Below are positions 14,324 through 25,782 of a stretch of DNA of 64,000 bases, in pieces; the stretch's first letter is position 1, and every line of letters begins with the position of its first letter. Made by a program: the position numbers and the translations under genes. Source of the stretch: the human T2T-CHM13v2.0 reference genome, Homo sapiens. The DNA lies in the NCBI RefSeq assembly GCF_009914755.1, contig NC_060925.1. One strand, 5' to 3'. The notes below the pieces were generated by a model. That model did no database searches, was not told where the DNA came from, and saw only the letters and a list, made by a program, of their open reading frames with translations.

Positions 14324-15206
14324 GATGGATAAATTCCTGGAAATATACAATCCTCCTAAATTAAACCAGGAAGAAATAGAAACTCTGAACAGACCAATAG
14401 CAAGCAGCGAGATTAAAATGGTAATTAAAAAGTTACCAACAAATAAAAGTCCAGGACTAGACAGATTCACAGCTGAATTCTCTCAGACATTCAAAAAAGA
14501 ATTGATACCAATCTTACTGACAATATTCCAAAAGATCCCTCCTTCAATTATTATATAAAGTCAGTATCACCCTAATACCAAAACCAGGAAAGGACATAAC
14601 AAAAAAAGAAAACTAAAGAACAATATCCATGATTGACATAGATGTGAAAATCCTCAACGAAATACTGGCTAACTGAATCCAACGGCATATCAAAAAGGTA
14701 ATCCACCATGATCAACTGGGTTTCATACCAGGGATGCAGAGACGGTTGAACATACACAACTCAATAAATGTTATATGCAACATAAACAGAACTAAAAACA
14801 AAAATCACATGATCATCTTAATAGATGCAGAAAAAGCATTTGAAAAAACCCAGTCCAGCATCACTTTATGATTAAACCCTCAGCAAAATTTGCATAGAAG
14901 AAACATATCTTAAAGTGATACAAGCCATCTATGACAAACCCACAGCCAACATTATATTGAATGAGAAAAAGTTGAAAGCATTTCCCCTATGAACTGGAAC
15001 AAGACAAGGATGCCCACTTTGATCACTTCTATTCAACTTAGTACTGGAAGTCCTAGCCAGAGCAGTCAGACAAGAGAAAGAAATAAAAGGTATCCAAATC
15101 GTTAAGAGGAAGTGAAAATTCCTGTTTGCTGATGACATGATCGTATACATAGAAAACCCTCAAGACTTATCCAAAAAGCTCTTAGAACTGGTAAATGAAT
15201 TCAGCA
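14322..15206 (+). mobile_element. L1PB ORF2 (RT region), inverted segment
   Basis: [37 protein letters not shown]; GGAACAAGACAAGGATGCCCAC (GTRQGCP) and CTGTTTGCTGATGACATG (LFADDM) RT motifs; disrupted. Confidence 0.92.
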
Positions 15207-15209
15207 TCT

Positions 15210-15571
15210 CTTTTTATTGTGATAAAGTATACATAACAAAATTTACCGTGTTAACTGTTAAGCTCAAAATTCAGTGGCAGTAAATATGTTCACATTTTTG
15301 TGCAACCATCACCACAATTTATTTCTACAAATTTTTATCACCTCAAACTGGAACTCTGTACCCATTAAACAGTAACTCCCATTTCTTTCTGCCCACAGGG
15401 CATGGCAAGCACCATTTTACCTTCTGTCCCTATGAATCTGAAAACTCTAGGTACTTTATATAAGTAGTCTCATACAATACTTATCTTTTTGTTCTTGTTT
15501 ATTTTACTTTGTACAATATTTTCAAGGTTCATCTAAGTTGTAGCATGTGGCAAAATTTAATATTCCACCGA

Positions 15572-15622
<51 letters not shown>

Positions 15623-16420
15623 TATATCACATTTTGTTTATTTACATACCCATCAATGAACATTTGATTTGTTTCCAGCTCTTGAATACTGTAAATAATC
15701 CTGCTATGAACATTAGTGTACAAATATATTTTTGAGTCTCTGCTTTCAGTTTATTCTGATACATATCCAGAAGTGTTCATTGTTGAGTTATATGGTAATC
15801 CTATATTTAATTTTTTGAGAAATCACCATGTTTTACAGAGAAGCTGCACCTATTTTACATTCCTACCAGCAGTCCACAAGATTCCCAATTTCTCCGCATC
15901 TTCAGTAACGTTGTTTTCTATTTGTTTAACAATAGCCATCCTAATGAGTACAACTTGTGGTTTTGGTTTTCATTTCTCTAATCACTAATGACATTGAGTA
16001 TCTTTTTGTGTGTGTCTTGGCCATATGTGTATTTTCTATGGAGTATTGTCAGTTTAAGTCTTTTGCTTATTTTTATTGGGTTTTTGTCTTGTTGAGTTTT
16101 TATATGCTTCGGATTCTATAACCCTACTAGATGTATGATTTGCAAATACTTTCTCCCAATTTATAAGCAGTCTTTTCACTTTCTTGATGATTTTTTTTTT
16201 TGATGCATAGAAGTTTTTTGTTTTGGTAAAGTTCAATTTATCTATTTTTGTTGTTGCTGTTAGTGCTTTTGCATGTCTAAGGAATCACCAAATTCATGAA
16301 TATGTACCCCTATGTTTTCTTCAAAGAACTAATAGTTTTAGCTCATATATTTAAGTCTTTGATTCACTTTGAGTTGATTTTTGTATATGGCGTAAGAAAA
16401 GCTTTCAACTTCATATTTTT
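15210..16420 (-). mobile_element. L1MB 3' fragment containing a (TA)n tract at ~15579-15627
   Basis: TTTATTGTGATAAAGTATACATAAC...TGTGCAACCATCACCAC is the antisense L1MB 3' terminus. Confidence 0.8.
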
Positions 16421-17210
16421 AAAATTGTTTTAACATCAGTACAGGTCAATGATCTTCAGAAATAATACATTTTAATTTTCTAGAAAGTAATGGTATGAAG
16501 TTCCAACTTTTTTTAAAAAAGACTTTTTTTCTAGCTTCTTAAAATTTTTGTGTTCCAGAAAGAGAATGATAACAGCTTTACATTTTATGGATATTCCATT
16601 AAAATTATTATATTTAGTATAAGGGAAGAAGTATAAAGCATCATTTTATTTGTAAAATATTACTGAAATGGTGATTTCTACATGCATTTGATTAGCACAA
16701 TTATATTTGATATTCTGAGAAGGATATCGAATAGTTTCAATAGATAACATAAATGATTTCTCCGTGAATACTTGACTGACTATAACCATTACTCTATTTC
16801 CGAATGTGGATTCAAATGTTACATTAAGTATTAAGTTATTATTCCTGTGAAAGTATATTTTGCTATAAAACCAAAACTACAGGTGAGTGATCAGGATATA
16901 ATCATAATGTCATATACAAGTTTAAAATAGCTTATATGTTATTATGCCTGCTGAGACAGCAAGTTTTATCTTGACAAACTATTGAAAGATCTGAAGCAAA
17001 TGCTAAATACTATTTTTAAAAATGGAAACAGCAAACTATGAACAATGTTGGAAAAGTACCTTCAAAAAGAAAGACCATGCTGAAGGCTAGGAAAATATTT
17101 ATCAATTCTCATTGAATTTTCAGTCTAGTCATGATCTGATAATTCTGGATAAACTAAAGGTAGATTAAAATGTCCCGGTCATTGAATACAGTGTCAGAGG
17201 GCATATAAGG

Positions 17211-17345
17211 GAGGCAGCATAGAGTCAACAGGGTAGGCTTGAAGTCAGATTCTGATTTTGTCACTAACCAGATGTATTACCTTAAGAAATAACTTCCCAA
17301 TGGAAAAATTAAAAATGAAAATATGACTTACTTCAAAGTTGTTTA
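17211..17345 (+). mobile_element. MIR fragment
   Basis: GAGGCAGCATAG...GGCTTGAAGTCAGA...TCACTAACCAGATGTATTACCTTAAGAAAT. Confidence 0.6.
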
Positions 17346-18264
17346 AGAAACATTTTATGTTTCTTTAATAAACATGTTTTTTAGGAAAACTCTCATAAAC
17401 AAATAAAATTATATGTAGTTTTGACTAAAGTTTTTAATAAATGTTTAAAAACGTTTCTCATTTTTATTAGCTATTTAATGAATTAAAATATAGACATATT
17501 TGATTCTTGAGTTACAACCAGTAATACTGTTTTTATTTTTAGTTACCTCAATGGCATGGCATTGTTCTTTGCAAATAATACAAATTTTATGCAAAAGGCA
17601 CATTTATTTTATCTATTTAGTTCTTTATTTTTCTTTTTATTTCTTTGGTTTATGGGTGTGTTTTTTAAATATATGTCTCTGTATACACGATAACTTTTTT
17701 ATTCAATTACATTTCCCAATTATGATAACTGGTGGGAAATTTAATCATCCTTAGAGACTGATTTCACCACAAGTACATTAATCAGTATAATGAATTCTGG
17801 TGAATAAAATTGTAAATATGTTATAGAAAATGGAAGAAAGATGCATAAGTAATTATATTATACAGCATTAAATATATATTTTTTACATATTAACTAGGAA
17901 TAACAATATAAATATAGCTCTATTCATTAAGTTAAACACATTTAATGAACACCTTTGTGCCAGTTACTACAGTCTATAAACTAAGAATATAAAAGACAGC
18001 AAGACATAGGAGTCTCTTCCAACATAACTTAACTTTTGTGGGAAGGAGAGAAATACAAGGTTTCCACGTCCCTGTGAAGAGACCCCAAACAGGCTTTGTG
18101 TGAGCAACAAGGCTGTTTATTTCACCTGGGTGCAGGCGGACTGAGTGCGAAAAGAGAGTCAGCGTTGGGCTGGTTGGTCTGAGGACCCGAGGCTGTAGGT
18201 GGATCTTTCTCACTGAACAAAGAGCAGGAGGACAGGGGATTGATCTCCCAATGGATGTCCCCTG

Positions 18265-18282
18265 ATCCGAGTCACAGCACCA
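18265..18282 (-). other. tRNA-His primer-binding site of HERV-H
   Basis: TGGTGCTGTGACTCGGAT, 2 nt after the LTR end; one mismatch to the canonical HERV-H PBS TGGTGCCGTGACTCGGAT. Confidence 0.92.
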
Positions 18283-18284
18283 AA

Positions 18285-18748
18285 TGTCATGTGCGTCCGT
18301 GTGAAGAGACCACCAAACAGGCTTTGTGTGAGCAAGAAGGCTGTTTATTTCACCTGGGTGCAGGCGGGCTGAGTCCGAAAAGAGAGTCAGCGAAGAGAGA
18401 TGGGGGTGGGGCCATTTTATAGGATTTGGGTAGGTAAAGGAAAATTACAGTCAAAAGGGGTTGTTCTCTGGAGGGCAGGGGCGGGGGTCACAAGGTGCTC
18501 AGCGGGGGAGCTTTTGAGCCAGGATGAGCCAGGAGAAGGAATTTCACAAGTTAATGTCATCAGTTAAGGCAGGAACAGGCCATTTTCGCTTCTTTTGTCT
18601 TGGAATGTCATCAGTTAAGGCAGGAACAGGCCATTTTCGCTTCTTTTGTTGTGGAATGTCATCAGTTAAGGCAGGAACCGGCCATCTGGATGTGTACGTG
18701 CAGGTCACAGGGGATATGATGGCTTAGCTTGGGTTCAGAGGCCGGACA
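18285..18748 (-). promoter_or_regulatory. complete LTR7 (U3-R-U5)
   Basis: TG...CA termini; TATAAAA at 18421-18415; AATAAA at 18349-18344; U3 repeat with 51-bp period starting at 18553, 18604 and 18655. Activity is not shown by sequence. Confidence 0.85.
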
Positions 18749-19429
18749 CAAGGTAATGAGTAAGCAAATCATATATGTTCAGATAGTGACTGACAAGTGT
18801 TATCAAGAAAATGAAATAGATGTGAGTGATCGAGAAAGTTGGTGGTTGAGGAATGTACACTAGTGGGGTCAGGGACAGCCAGGCCCTGCTCTCTCTGACA
18901 GATCCTCGTCCCACATAAGATAGGATGAGCTTGCTAGATCTCAAAGGCTAATGAAGGTTTGAGGATTAGAGAGAATGATGACTTAAATTTAACTGAATAC
19001 ATTTCTGCTTCTATTTTACTATCAAAGTATCAAAAATGTATGTAAATAAATTCAACTGCACAAAAAAATATATATGAGGCTATGTGGCTAACAGAGACAC
19101 ACCCGAAATTCAGTGTTGCATGAGCCCAGGTGAAGAAAGATTCTGCCAAATCAGAGATGCCTATGAACATGGATTCTACTGTCTTTTATATTGTTTTAGG
19201 AAAAATTGCTTAAAGATTATCCTGAAGACCTAAAAGAAATTTATTGCTTGCCGTAATTACACAATTCATTTTTACTTCTTGTTTCACTGTTAAGCTTACT
19301 TGGAATTTCAGTGATAGTACTCACCATGGCCAGGTAACTTTTGAGTTGAGTAGCAAATGATAAAATAGACACAAAAGTGTGACAATCTGGGAAAGAAAGC
19401 AAAAAAAATCAGGAGATATAGATGAGTAA

Positions 19430-20270
19430 GAAGCTAAATATAGGTGTAGTTTCTTGATGACTATGGAAAGGGGTATATATTTTCCTTAAGCACTATGAGA
19501 AGTTAATAGGACTCTTTAAGCCAAAGAATTTCATGAGGTAATTTGTGTTTTTGAATTATCACATTGGCTATTAAAATGAAAATATATTATAGGGACACAT
19601 GTAAAAGCATGAAATCTAGCTAAGAAAGTAGAGGCAGTCATTGCTTGCAGTAAGATGGTGCTACTGGAATAAGTGTGAGGTTTAAGGTGATGAAAATAAC
19701 TAAGAGTAATTCTGAGATATGAGAATTCAGTAAGAAATTGGAGGATTGTACCATTTATTAAAATGGGAGTAGAGTGATATAATGAGCAGAGGTACAATTA
19801 TGATTTTTTTTGTCTGCCTTTGTGTTTTGATTTTTTTTAAGGAGAAATGTTTCTTTCATTTTTATGCCAATGGAAATGACCCAATATAAAAAGAAAAATT
19901 TAGGATTTTAGGTGAATATTATTTCAGGAATGATGTTCTTTAAGAAACTTAGAGGGCATGAGAATTAAATAAAAATTTTAGCAGTTAGACTTTGTTTGGA
20001 ACAGCAAATCCAGTTCCCCCTGTAAGATAATCAAAGACAGGGACTATGAGTAGTATTAGTAGAGATACAAGTAGCTTTGTGTTGCAAATGTGAAGATTTA
20101 GGGAGATTTGTTTGTACTTTCCCAATGAATTATGAGGCAAATCTCAATGGAGGAGCCAAGGATGGAATTATAAGAAGTCTGAGGAGAGAGAAAAAGATAG
20201 GATCTTATCTTTATATGTAGAAAAATAAATTTCCTAGAAAAATGTAGTAGGATTGCAAGGCAGTGATATA
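19430..20270 (-). mobile_element. L2 fragments
   Basis: CACTATGAGAAGTTAATAGGACTCTTTAAGC...TTTGTGTTTTTGAATTATCACATTGGCT; purine-rich antisense-L2 character. Confidence 0.55.
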
Positions 20271-21537
20271 TTTTATGTATTTATTTATTTTTATACCTGA
20301 CATTATTTTATGTATTTTACAGTAAGCATTCTTGGGTTCTGGAATTTTTATAAATCAAATAAAATTTTTAACAAACATATACAAACATTACTAACCTAAA
20401 ATTTTGAAATAATTTTCCACCCCAAAAATGGCTATGAAGACAATGGTTGAATTTCTCTAACACAGTTCTATTAAAAATGAGAGTCTTACGAGGCCTTTAG
20501 AAATAAATAATCATAAACATGTTTTAATTTAATAGCTCTCTCCCTTATGAAAGTAACAATATAATTTTGGTCTTTTTCCTGGAACTGCTTAAGGCCTGAA
20601 CATGTCAGGACTATTCCTTTATCCCTACTATATCTGCGACACCTCTAGACAAGAATTTTGTATATTTTAATCTAATGTGTATGTCTTTCAAGTATTGATT
20701 AATTTTAAAAATATATACCATAGGCCTTATATTAAACTTTTCTCTCACTTTTTGACAGCCTCTCATCTGAAATATTTTCTAAGTTTTACACACAATGATG
20801 TTAATAACATAATTATAATAACAACAAATTGAGAATAAGCTAAAAACACTAAACTAGTGCATGACAAAGTGAATCATGGAGGAATGCAACCTTATGTAGT
20901 CATTGAAATAATTTTAGGAAGAGTTTCAATAACACATAATTTTTTGTTATAATGCTAAGTGAAAAAGTACAACACAAATTGCATGTGAAGTATTTTAAAC
21001 ATTTGCCTCTTTGTTCCCAAAATTCTTAATATAGCTTCCAAAATTCCATACTATTCAGTGTGACAAAAAAAATTTTTAACTTGGGAAATGATTGAAAAAG
21101 AAAAATTACTGGGGTAAATAAAATGAAACCCTATTAAATTTATCATTCTAAAAATCTGCCAAAAGATATTATACATACTAGCTATTATGGACACAATTTT
21201 TTTTTCTAACTATCCTTAAAACCATGTTTTCCTAATGATAAAACACAAGATCAGTCATATAATTTAGAGCCTCTGCTGAGGAAAGCAAACCAGCTGCTCC
21301 TGAGAAGTCCAGCTAAGACTGACGCAGGTACCTGTAAGACTTGCCTGTGCTATCTCCTACTCCTTAGCATTCGTAGGACAGCTATAATTCTCTTCAGCAG
21401 AAAGGGGATGAAACAGAAGGGAAACACATTAACAGCTTTCCTATAAATACTATTGTCATAAATATACAGTTAAAAAGAGGAAATTACTCTCTGCTCTGGC
21501 TCATCAAAAGTCAATCGAAAAGGTCCTGACTCATTTA

Positions 21538-21702
21538 TTTGCATTTAAGTGAGAATACCCCTGTTACTCTTGCTACTGTTGCTGCTGAGGCTGATATGAT
21601 GAATGACTTTCTCTGCAAGTTTTTTTAAGTAGAAATAATAAGCCACTAATATGTTGGCCTACAATCACACTCTCTCACGAAGTGCACTATATTGATACTA
21701 AT
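21538..21702 (+). repeat. copy 1 of a ~165-bp local direct duplication
   Basis: Aligns with 23345-23513; 40-bp identical core at 21635-21674. Confidence 0.93.
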
Positions 21703-21719
21703 GTGAGTGAATTATTTCA

Positions 21720-22023
21720 GGCACAATGTCACTAATGCTTGGGACCACGTATATTTTGGAATGTATTTTTAAATTTTTTGAAGACTAGTAATACAATACA
21801 TGTAATGCATACTATATGACACTTAATAAATCTGTTAATATTTCTGCAGAGAAACAAAGAAATATTCTCACTTGGTCAGATTAAAAAAAGTATAAATGGC
21901 ATCACATTTAAAGCATGATTTGCTAACAAATGAATTTACAAAAACTTATACTTTGTTTTTTACTGTTTTTGTTTCATTTTACTTTATTTTATTTTGGAGT
22001 AGCGGACATGGGATATTGACCTG
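21720..22023 (-). mobile_element. MER46C-like (TcMar-Tigger) DNA transposon relic
   Basis: TTAATATTTCTGCAG..AATATTCTCACTTGG..TATAAATGGCATCAC..AAATGAATTTACAAAAACTTA; terminus GCGGACATGGGATATTGACCTG. Confidence 0.6.
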
Positions 22024-23344
22024 AGCATGCAGGGTGGCTATGAAGGTTCAGTGTGATTTTTTAAATTATTTGCCTGACACATAGACTGTGTTCATAGACA
22101 TTACTTCCTTTGTCCATGTTCCTAGCAAGCCACAGGTCTCATCCAACACGCTATTTTTATAGACCTGTGTTATTCAACAAATAGGAATTTAGAACATCTT
22201 GCTAAATGCCCAACAGTGAAATAAGAGACAGGTTTTTATGTGTTACTGTTAGACTGTAAAACTAACAAGAACTTTTAATATTTCACTCAGTTATTTCTCT
22301 TTCATTTGATTTTTAATACAAAAGTAGGACAAGAGTTTATATTTTGATGTGAAGTTCTAATACCTAGAGATATTATATTTATTCATTCTGTAAGATTTCA
22401 CAAGGTGTTTAATGTGTCTTTTACATTCCTAAATCCCCAATTCTTCTCCAACTGAAGGACTACAATATGCCTCTGCAAATAATTTAGTGCTCTGGAATGC
22501 CCCCCTTCTTGTTTTAGTGTGTTGTATTTACTTAAGACTGATATTTACTAAATAACCAACATTAACATAGTTCACATTAATTCATAAAACTGAGTTCAAA
22601 TCATACATATAAACATAATTTAAATTTTTCTCCTAAAGGTTTAAGAATTTTCTTGTCAGGAGTAATCTTTTTATGATATGTCACTGATATTATAGAACAA
22701 AGTAGCAGCAGTAACCATAACAGTTTTGCTTTCTGTGTCTACCATTTCTTTTACACCATTCATGGGTAAATTATACAGTATTTATCACAATACTGAGATA
22801 TAGGCTATATTATTATATGCTTACTACATTTAAAAGATTTAAAACTTTTAAAACTTCTCTTTCTTTACACAATGCTAAATGTTCTTAATTGTGATGTTAT
22901 AAAATAATGTTAACAAAATTCTTAAGATACTTAAAATTAGGGTAAAAAAATAAGCAGATATTTAATTCACATAGAACAGACTCCTGCATTTGTTTCTTCA
23001 GAAGGTCTTTTCTCAATCCCCACAAGAGTGATTCCAATCTGACTAGAACACTTAAAATCATTATTCTTTCTTGCTTAATGCAAAATAAAAGGAAAAAATA
23101 AAATTATTAAATAGGTCTTTAACTTTGCTTCTGTTTGAAAATTAGTGAAAATAAGTATCTGTTAACTTAAAAGAACACACATGATATGCATAATACCTGT
23201 TTATCATCTATCTACCTACCTACATACGTAAAACTTTAATATTAGATAAATCCATTCTCTGTCTGTCTGTCTCTCTCTATCCATCTTTCTCTGCATATTT
23301 TAGGTATCTTTAGGAGGTTTCCTTCAGAATAAGGAAGTGAGAAT

Positions 23345-23513
23345 TTTGCATTAAAGTGAGAATACCCCTGTTATCCTTGCTGCTATTGCTGCTGAGGATG
23401 ATCATGATCATAATTAATTATTTTCTCTACATGCTTTTTATGTAGACATAATAAGCCACTAATATGTTGGCCTACAATCACACTCTCATGAAGTGCACTA
23501 TAATGATAATAAT
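23345..23513 (+). repeat. copy 2 of the ~165-bp local direct duplication
   Basis: Aligns with 21538-21702; identical core at 23448-23487. Confidence 0.93.
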
Positions 23514-24136
23514 TAGTGATAGTAATATAATGTGATAGTATCACATTAATTTCACATTAGTGATACTAACAATGCAATACTAATGTAATATGTAATGTAA
23601 TTAATGATACTAATGTAATGTGACAATAATCTGTTTACAACAGATTACTAGATTCTTCAATTCACTATGATATTTATTACTTAACTACTTCACAATGGTG
23701 ATGACAAGGTTTCCAACTGATTTTCACTAAAAACCTAGCAATAAAGCTTGACTCACTATTGCCAATCTCATATAGTGACATTCAATATTATTATTAAAAA
23801 TGACTTGACTTTATTAATAATACACTTCCATGCAATCTTTATTCACAGTTGAAGTTTCACTGATGTCTGCTGGGTTTTGTTGTGTTACTCTGTTTATGTT
23901 AAAAAGAAATCTAACTTCTTGTGCTTCTGCATATGCTTAAATCCTTATTCTTTAAGAATCCACAAAAATATGTATTGACATAGATTTGCCAAAGAATAAT
24001 GAGCATTATTTTGCAATAATAGGACCCATTCAATTAAAGAAAATGCTCATTAGTAACATATCCGTTTTGCCTTGAGTGAGTCATTATGAATCATTATTTC
24101 ATTTTGGAGAAAATGATATTTGAAAATTTCCAAAGA

Positions 24137-24312
24137 TGTGTCAATGTGGGTTCATCAATTGCAGCAAATATTCCACTTTGGCAAGGATGTTGACAATGGA
24201 GGAGGCTAGGCATGTGTGGGTTCAGAGGATATATAGAAAATTTTTGTTCCTTCCTCGCAACTTCTCTGTGAACTCAAAATTATTCTAAAAAAAAGATAAA
24301 GTCTTTTTAAAA
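24137..24312 (+). mobile_element. L1MC/MD 3' terminal fragment
   Basis: TGTGTCAATGTGGGTTCATCAATTG...GGATGTTGACAATGGAGGAGGCT...TGTGAACTCAAAATTATTCTAAAAA. Confidence 0.75.
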
Positions 24313-24769
24313 ATTACAGGAAAACTTCAAGCCATCATCATTTACACTAATCCAAGTGATTCAAAAAGCATTTTAACATCACAATTTTATACGTAATGGA
24401 CCAAGAAGAGAGAAATGTTGTTTCTTATTTGCAAGCCTGCTGTGATAAGCTCCCTACAGTCACAAGAACCAAGGAAAATTGAGCAAAAACACCATTTCAA
24501 AGGAGGTGAATTGAGGTTGGCTGTTATGAAAGACACTATTTCATACAGAGAATTATTATGGATGTCTCCTTTAAGAATAAGCCCTGGTGACACTAGGATA
24601 GATAGAATTTGAGATTTCATATGTAATTTGTTTAGTGCACTTATTCTTACATAGTTTTAGAAAATACACATTTGAAACATTGTAAAGATGAATACATTGT
24701 TTTCAATGCTGTTGAGACTATTTGTAAAATTATTTTATGAGAGTAATGCTAATTTATTTTGTTTCTTAT

Positions 24770-24932
24770 GTTACATTTTACTCATCTAAACTTCACAGAA
24801 ACCTTAGGAAATAGACACAATGTATATCACTGTTTTACTACCGAGGAAAAAGAATATAGAATAACAAAAACCTTGCCTGTTTATTTAAGCTAGGATTCAA
24901 ATGCTAAGGGTCATAATCTTAACCACTAAACA
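24770..24932 (-). mobile_element. MIR fragment
   Basis: CTCATCTAAACTTCACAGAAACCTT...TGTTTTACTACCGAGGAAA...GCTAGGATTCAAA...CTTAACCACT. Confidence 0.6.
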
Positions 24933-25278
24933 ATAGATGTACTTACTCTTTTTCAAAAATTAATATTTGATTTAAAATATGCTGAGCAAATAATAACCTA
25001 GAGAGCTCTCTGATATTGGAACAAAAGACTGAGTTTTGAAATGGAGATCAAATCAATGTTTGAAAATAGATCAGCGCAATATGCTAAACCACTGTCTTAT
25101 TTTAGTTCATCAGTTGGGTGACACTACACATATGACCTAATATCTTCTATTTATGTTTATGTTCTCTACTCTTTCCCAAACTAGTTTGGGCAAAAATAAA
25201 ATAATGCCTGGAAATAGGTGGAAGAAAGTGGACAGAAAAAGGGAAGGATTGTCAAAATTGTAAAATTGTCTGGGTTCA

Positions 25279-25770
25279 GCTTCCATTTCCAGCCAACATG
25301 ATCTAATAGAGATCAGGCTCAGCCTCTCCCTGAACAGATCAAGGAAAACAAAACAAACAAAAATACATGAAACAATTTTTGAGATACTGAATATCAGGCA
25401 ATGAAGGACAGTGGTCTCTCAGAAATGGGAAATAAATGAACTGAGCCCTACAATTACTTAATTTACCACCTTGATAGAATTTCCAAGTAAAGGAAGATAT
25501 GAGTCAAAGATACATAGACTCCTTGACTTAAGGAGCTGGAGCTGAGTCTGTGGATTCCATATCAAATAGAATTTGTAGAACAGGGTACCAGAGAGGATAC
25601 AGGTAAACAGAAGAAATATTTTGGAGAACAACAGATGGTCTTTATAGAGTAGTCAACATAATATTGACAGGTAGAAAAGAGGAAAAAGGGAATGGAGATT
25701 GGTTGGGAGAAATGGAAAATAAATGACATGATGATAGATTAAACATAACTATATCAATAATTAAATAAAA
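25279..25770 (+). mobile_element. old L1M 5'-region fragment
   Basis: CTTCCATTTCCAGCCAACATG...ATATCAGGCAATGAAGGACAGTGGTCTCTCAGAAATGGGAAATAAATGA resembles L1MD-type 5' UTRs. Confidence 0.5.
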
Positions 25771-25782
25771 TATGATTCAGAT

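Larger units (their letters stand above)
18061..18748 (-). mobile_element. HERV-H internally deleted provirus: LTR7 + PBS + leader + R-U5
   Basis: Minus strand begins TGTCCGGCCTCTGAACCCAAGCTAAGCCATCATATCCCCTGTGACC (LTR7); 5-bp TSD CAAGG at 18056-18060 and 18749-18753. Confidence 0.97.
17922..18910 (-). mobile_element. L2 fragment split by the LTR7 insertion
   Basis: TTCATTAAGTTAAACACATTTAATGAACACC...; L2-like sequence continues after 18753 (GATAGTGACTGACAAGTGTTATCAAGAAAAT). Confidence 0.5.

Noticed and set aside
16877-16887. Strong splice donor-like CAG/GTGAGT (similar CTG/GTGAGT near 8347)
   Set aside because: No convincing paired acceptor or coding frame; an exon cannot be supported without transcript data
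17345-17365. Hairpin AAGAAACAT-TTT-ATGTTTCTT
   Set aside because: Short, very AT-rich stem; likely chance at this composition
18265-18282. tRNA-His-like sequence
   Set aside because: Only the 18-nt retroviral PBS; no cloverleaf
18553-18686. Regularly spaced repeats resembling a CRISPR array
   Set aside because: The inter-repeat segments are near-identical, the repeats are part of LTR7 U3, the context is eukaryotic and there are no cas genes
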